Positions 57,570 to 64,000 of a stretch of DNA of 64,000 bases are shown one piece after another. The translations under genes and the position numbers were made by a program. This DNA is from the human T2T-CHM13v2.0 reference genome, Homo sapiens. Each line of letters starts with the position of its first letter. Positions within the stretch are counted from its first letter, which is position 1. The notes below the pieces were generated by a model, which was not told the DNA's origin, did not search any database, and saw only the letters and a list, made by a program, of their open reading frames with translations. The stretch lies in the NCBI RefSeq assembly GCF_009914755.1, contig NC_060936.1; one strand, 5' to 3'.

Positions 57570-58100
57570 AGTCACTAATAATCAAAGAAATGCAAATGAA
57601 AACTCCAATAAGATATCACTTTTCAACTACCCAACTGATACAATTTTAAAAGAAGATCATTCTGAGTGCTAATAACTGCAGGGGGCGGTGGGGGTGGGTG
57701 CAGGGGGAAGCAGATCCTCATGTATAGTTAGCGAGAGTGTAAACTTGTACACTTTCTGAGGGCAATTTGGCAAAATGGGTGAATATTTTAACTGTGCAAG
57801 ATTTTTAGCCCAGCAATTCTACTTCTAGTAATTTATCTTATATAAGTAACACTTAAGTGTATATGTACAAAAATACTCATTTGAAGTATCATTTTCCAAA
57901 GCAAATAACAGAACACAATCCTAATGTCCATCAGGGGAATTAAGGGTATATAACAACAATTTTAAGTGAGTGAAGGAGTGTCTTTATACATAGCAAGAGG
58001 ATATTAAACAAACTGTTAAAGTGTTTATCTCTGGGAAAAAATGGGATTATGAAGGTTTTTGCTTTCTCCTGAATATTTTAAAAAATAGATTTATATTTTA
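57570..58100 (+). mobile_element. Old L1ME-like 3' fragment
   Basis: cactaataatcaaagaaatgcaaatgaaaac; ctttctgagggcaatttggcaa; cccagcaattctacttctag. Confidence 0.65.
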
Positions 58101-59459
58101 TAATCAGAAGAAGGTAACAAGAATTTAAAAAGAACCCCATGAACCTGGAACCCTAGCTCATTTACCTGATCCTACAACACATATTATTTAGATAAATACA
58201 TGATATACCAGAGACATGGTATAACAATTTTAACAATCAAAATTCAATTTCTCTATTTCCAGTTTATAATCTGTAAAGTTGCATTTGTTTCATAGTGTGT
58301 ATAGTGTTTAAAGTGTGTTTTTCTGTACATTATGAATGTATAAATAACATTCCAATTAGGGTAATGACAGTATTTTCTGTCTTGTATTTGTCTTAACTGC
58401 AACCAAGTCATTAAAAGTAGAAAGCTCAATAGCAGCTTTTTAGTAATTCAAAGAGAAAAAGAATTAACACTGAAGATGCTATTCCAAATATAAACTATAT
58501 TTTAACCTTGTCCTATTCTTTTCATATAATCAGTCCATGTAAGTATTACTTTTAATGTATTGTTTAGATATAAAGTCATTCTAAAACCGTACATTGCCTT
58601 ATAGAATAGTGGTATTATAGAATGATTTAACTAACCACTTATGAAAAGAAAAACAGGATTTTCATTCATTAAGTATACATGTGATTATGTACTTTTAAAT
58701 TTTATATGTATTTATTATTATAATGATACAGACTGAAAGTCCCTTAGCCCAATCCCAGTGAGTCAAGTCCCAATACTAATTCAATAAAGTTTCTCCACCT
58801 AACTACATGTGGAACTTCCACCTGAATAGAAATATTCTTAATTTTCAAATAGCCAAAAATAGCAATGATTCTTCCCGGACATGATCTAATGTAACCTTAC
58901 ATTACAGTTCTGCAGTTATTCTGAATTCAAGCTATCTAATTTACCAATTTGCAAGTGGAACAAGGTAACCACTGATCACGTTAGGAAGATTTAAATTTTG
59001 AATGTAGGCATATTGATAAAAAAAAAAAAAAAAAAGAAAAGGTTGGACATTTTACACCAAATCATAATTTCCACATTCAAGAGCAGAAAGAAAAGGCTGG
59101 GGAAGAAGAAAACTTTACCACTTTGCTTATCGTACTGAACTTCTATAACTTTGAGCCTATCTGGTTTTCCATGTAATTTAGAGTAGATCCGCTTAAACAA
59201 CATCCACGGGCGATCGGCTACACCTTGAATAAAGATGATTTCCTTTGAGTTGAACTAACACATTTGGGAAGCAATGGGGTCTGGAGATGCATGTAATGCA
59301 AATGCAGGCAGTTATGTACCCTGGTGGCTTCCTCTGTCCTTTATAATCCCACTGGTCTTCTTTCAGCCCCTCCTACTGACTGTGCTGCATATGTCCCCCC
59401 AGGGCCTATGCACCAGCTGCAGTCCCTGGAAAATTCTTTCCCCACTCCTCACATAGGCA

Positions 59460-59953
<494 letters not shown>

Positions 59954-60202
59954 AGTACTACCACTTTTATTATTCACCTAGTTATATCTGACTCATGTTT
60001 CAGGGAAGCCTTCCCTAAACATCCTGATTAGGTGAAATCCTCCCATTAGAGGGCTCATCACAGTGTTTACTCTTCCTTTGTAGCATTCATCATAGTCACA
60101 ATTTTATATGGCTTTATGTAATTGTTTAATTGACACTAATTTTTCTTACCAATAGACTATGAGCTGCATGATGGCTAAGAGCATCATTTGTGTTTGGAGA
60201 GA

Positions 60203-60204
<2 letters not shown>

Positions 60205-60240
<36 letters not shown>
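60205..60240. repeat. (TG)18 microsatellite inside an L2 3' end (about 59985-60340)
   Basis: Direct reading. Confidence 0.95.
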
Positions 60241-60241
<1 letters not shown>

Positions 60242-62059
60242 CTTCTACTTACTATAGTAATCCCAACAACTAGGATAGTGCCTAGCAAATAACAGGACTT
60301 AGAGAAATATTTCTGAATGAGTTAATAAATTAATGAATAAACTAAAAATAGGAAACAATTTTTAAAAAGAAGAAAGAAACTAAGGCAACACACTTTAAAA
60401 AACTTATAAACTGGACAACCTGACTTCCCTGAAATTAAGCTGGCAAACTAATTTGATCTGCCTATAACTTGATCTTAAATTTGTCCTAAATCCTGGGCAC
60501 CTTAACACAAATAGGCAGACGGGGTAACACACTTGGTGGATTAAAATCTGATTTGGGGTCTTTGCCAGCTTGGGGGTAGGGGAGAAGAGCTGTGAATATG
60601 TACACGCACATATGTGTATATTATTATGGCCCATGTCTAGAATTGGTTTACGTGAAAATTAGCTAATTTTTAACAAGGTTTAAAACCCAACCAGCAACAA
60701 TAACAAAATTTGGCTAGGTAATAACATAAAAGAAAGAGATATATCACATAGAGAATATAGAGCAGCTAAGGAAAAGAGCTGTGTGAATGCAGAACTCAAA
60801 TTTAATAAATAAGGAGTACAGAAACAGTAAAGAAAAAAACTTGTTAGTGATAAAGAGAAGAAAATAACCATTTTAGGAATTTGTGTCTTAACTTGTGGAA
60901 ATTTTTACTTATCCAAGGCAGAAAATGGCTTTAGTGTAGAACTGTATGTTTATTAAGTGTTTCTGTGTTCTGCTAAACACCAATATCACTGATTAATATC
61001 AAGTGTTCATTTCACATATGGACAAAGTTCAGTCTTTGGCCATAAAATCTAGACCTTCGACATTACACCACTGGTGTATACATATTTAAAATTTTGGTTT
61101 TAGTCTTGTTGAACTTTTTTTTTAAATAATGTTTTCTTATAAAATGTCTTAGTTGTCACATCACATTGACTATTTTACAAATTGCTTGCTTCAATTTTTT
61201 GCCTAATTTTTTTTTCCTGTTGATGTTCTCAAATTACAGACACAGATTTTTTTTTTTTTAAAAGATTGTTGGAAGTAAAAGATTTTATGATGGTTATATC
61301 AGTCATTGTCCGTCATATTAAACCTAATGTTTCAAACTTAAAAAAAAATTCAAGGAAATTACAATAATAATTCAACACCAATGATTATCAACCTAGCATC
61401 ATACCACCTGAGAGAAACTGTAAGAGACTAAGAGCCAGGAATACATTCTCATGTTATCAACTTTTTTTTTTTAATTCTGAAATTTTGGCTCTTTTTGCCT
61501 CAGTTCCTTCATATTATAAACACTGGCACATTGGCAGCAAATCAAGTAATGACTGGAAAGTGCTTAAAGCTTAAATATTCTTGGAAGAGAAGTAGTGTAC
61601 AGGTGCAAAGTAAAAGAATTTTTAAAAATGTTTCCCACAAATTGAGAAAAAAGAATCATCACATTCTTTTTGGGCCATGTTTACACAAAGACAAAGTATT
61701 TTCAACACCATTATAATTGTAGGGAAATGGGCTTTCCTGGGGTTGATACTGCTCTCAATTATTTATTATTGGATACCCTAGTACTTCCAGAAAGCCTTGA
61801 GACAGCTTATAATGAAATACAAAATAAAAAGACAAGAGGTAAATGATAAAGGGAGAGGGGATTTATGAAACAGTCATACAAAAAACCTAAGAGAACAAAA
61901 AATGCAAGGTTTCTACCCATCACTTTCAAAGGAAAAAGATGACGGCATGTAAAAATCACATTTTAAAAAAAGAAACAAAAGCAAGCCTGTTTCTTAAGAG
62001 AAGAAAACTGTACCAGTCCTCAACGACAAGAGTGATTTATTTTTGGAGATGTCACAGAA

Positions 62060-62580
62060 GGGGCATTCATTCACACGAAATATATTTCCTGAGTGCCTCC
62101 GATGCCGTGCCAAATACTGTGCTGTGGGTAGGGACATCAACAGGGGGAATAAAAGGCCTGATCCTTGCTGGGAGCTGTTAGTTTAGAAGGGAGATAAACA
62201 TTAATCGACCAATGAAAAAAAAATGACTATGTGATTCTAGACTGAGATACTTCTTGGAAGAAAGGAACACAGTAGGAGGTTGGATAATAAAGAACCCTAT
62301 CTAGACTGCAGAGTGAGGGAAGGTTTCCTTGAAGAAGTGTGGCTTAAAATGAAATCAGTTCGAGGACTAGGAGTTCTTGCAGCACAGGGTAGGTTTGGTT
62401 AGAGAGAGAGTTGAGTTTATGCTAAGGCCCAGGAATAGGAGAGAACTTGGGGCCTTTGAGGACTAAAAGGAAAGGCCCAAGTGGTAAAGAACAGAGCCTG
62501 GTGTGGTAAGGCTGGGGGAGTTGTACAGGGGTTGGATAAGCAGAGCCTTGTGGGCACGTTACATCTTTACCCCAAAGCAA
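62060..62580 (-). mobile_element. L2 fragment
   Basis: cattcattcacacgaaatatatttcctgagtgcctccgatgccgtgcca; agggaaggtttccttgaagaagtg. Confidence 0.7.
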
Positions 62581-62596
62581 TGCAATGATCCCTGAT

Positions 62597-62916
62597 TTAT
62601 TTATTTACTTTTTTTTTTTTTTTTTTTTTTTGAGGCGGAGTTTTGCTCTGTCACCCAGGCTGGAGTGCAGGGGTGCAGTCTCAGCTCACTGAAACCTCTG
62701 CTTCCTGGGTTCAAGCAATTCCCGTGCCTCAGCCTCTGGAGTAGCTGGGACTACAGGTGCCCGCTACTACACCTGGCTAATTTTTTTTGTATTTTTAGTA
62801 GAGACGGGGTTTCACCATGTTGCCCAGGCTGGTCTTGAACCCCTGACCTCAAGTGATCTGCCTGCCTCGGCCTCCCAAAGTGCTGGGATTACAGGCGTGA
62901 GCCACGGCACCCAGCC
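62597..62916 (-). mobile_element. AluSx/Sz-like
   Basis: Long poly-T, full dimer; TSD gcaatgatccctgat / gcaatggtctcttgat. Confidence 0.9.
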
Positions 62917-63366
62917 AGCAATGGTCTCTTGATGGCTACTTTTTAAAAACACCAGAGACATTTTCTTTTAAGCTACTTCTTATACTGTCTCAAAGTTTAG
63001 AGTCTGGGTGGAGCCTTTGCGGAGCTTATCATTCAAGATGAAGTTTTACTGAACTTGTCAGAAAATAAATGATTGAGAAGGTTCTGGATTGAGTCTCTCT
63101 ATTAAGGGAGACAGAAACAGCAAGAACAGGATTTTCTAGAAATACACTGTTGGGGAATTGAATGGGAAGCTTGCAGAAGAGAGCCTGATTTGGGGCATGT
63201 AGTAATTTGCCTTTGGAGGGAAAATTCATAGGGTGGCTTCCCAAGACCACCACACTCAGAGAGCCAATATTCCTGAAGGAAGCAGATTATAGTCTTCAGG
63301 AAGCTGGGCTGCCAAAAATTGGAAATCACTACTTTAATGAGTTTGAAGAAAGAAACAAGACGTGTC

Positions 63367-63647
63367 TTTCTTTTCTTCTTCTTCTTCAAGACTAGCTCTA
63401 TTGCCCAAGGCTAAAGTGCAGTGGCGCAATCTCAGTTCCTGGGTTCAAGTGATTCTCCTGCCTCAGCCTTCCAAGTAGCTGGGATTACAGGCGAGTGCTA
63501 CCACGCTCGGCTAATTTTTATATTTTTAGTAGAGACGGAGTTTTACCATGTTGGCCAGGCTGGTCTCTAAATCCTGACTTCAAGTGATCCGCCTGACTTG
63601 GCCTCCCAAAGTGCTGAGATTACGGGTGTAAGTCACTGCGCCTGGCC
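63367..63647 (-). mobile_element. AluS with deletion in the right arm
   Basis: (CTT)n tail; gcaatctcagttcctgggttcaag lacks the cactgcaacctccgcc segment. Confidence 0.9.
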
Positions 63648-64000
63648 CTTCTTTTCCTTTTTTTAAGCTTTGTTAGGTCCACATTCTCACTCTCTCTCCT
63701 TCATGTTCATCCTTGGACTGTAGTTTCTTTGTTGCTCTCTCTCTCTGTATAAGCCTTTCTTTCTAACTTTGGTAAGGTTACTTGTTTATGTTTTTAAGGA
63801 TATTTTGTTCTAGGTGAGTGTTGTAATAATCACAAAAGGAATGATAAACAGGAGAAGATCTTGCCGTTCAATTGACTGAAAGAAGGTAGTATATAGAGAA
63901 AGGCTAAATAATCATACGATGGTAACCATTAGTCAAGTCACTGATTAAAAGCACGTCCTTTAGTAGAAAAAGTGCTAAAGAATGGCTTGCACGGATATAT

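Noticed and set aside
59119-59250. Small CpG cluster, possible pseudogene or exon fragment
   Set aside because: No recognisable parent gene, poly-A or TSD, and weak splice sites

Overview
Human genomic DNA: AT-rich, about 15 Alu elements including a near-consensus AluYa5/Ya4, plus L1, L2, MIR, LTR and DNA-transposon fossils. I recognise the hsa-mir-920 precursor at 27395-27469 (+). That places the window on chr12p12.1 inside the very large 5' introns of SOX5, which is transcribed on the minus strand (from memory roughly chr12:24.19-24.25 Mb in hg38; confirm by BLAT). A 75-nt minus-strand exon at 28317-28391 has canonical AG/GT ends and fits the last non-coding 5'-UTR exon of the long SOX5 transcripts. 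No protein-coding sequence is supported: the ORF track is repeat-derived or chance. I found no convincing new multi-gene system. The most interesting signals are: (i) a 135-nt AG-exclusion zone and poly(U) tract forcing a distant branch point on the SOX5 exon; (ii) an AluY with an excess of weak-to-strong substitutions and preserved CpGs, a possible GC-biased gene conversion or recombination-hotspot scar, inside an L1>LTR>Alu nest; (iii) a 184-bp non-tandem local duplication; (iv) a very young, possibly polymorphic AluYa5-type insertion; (v) a template-switch hairpin with an ETS motif inside another AluY; (vi) CpG-retaining, motif-dense candidate enhancers and candidate antisense exons.
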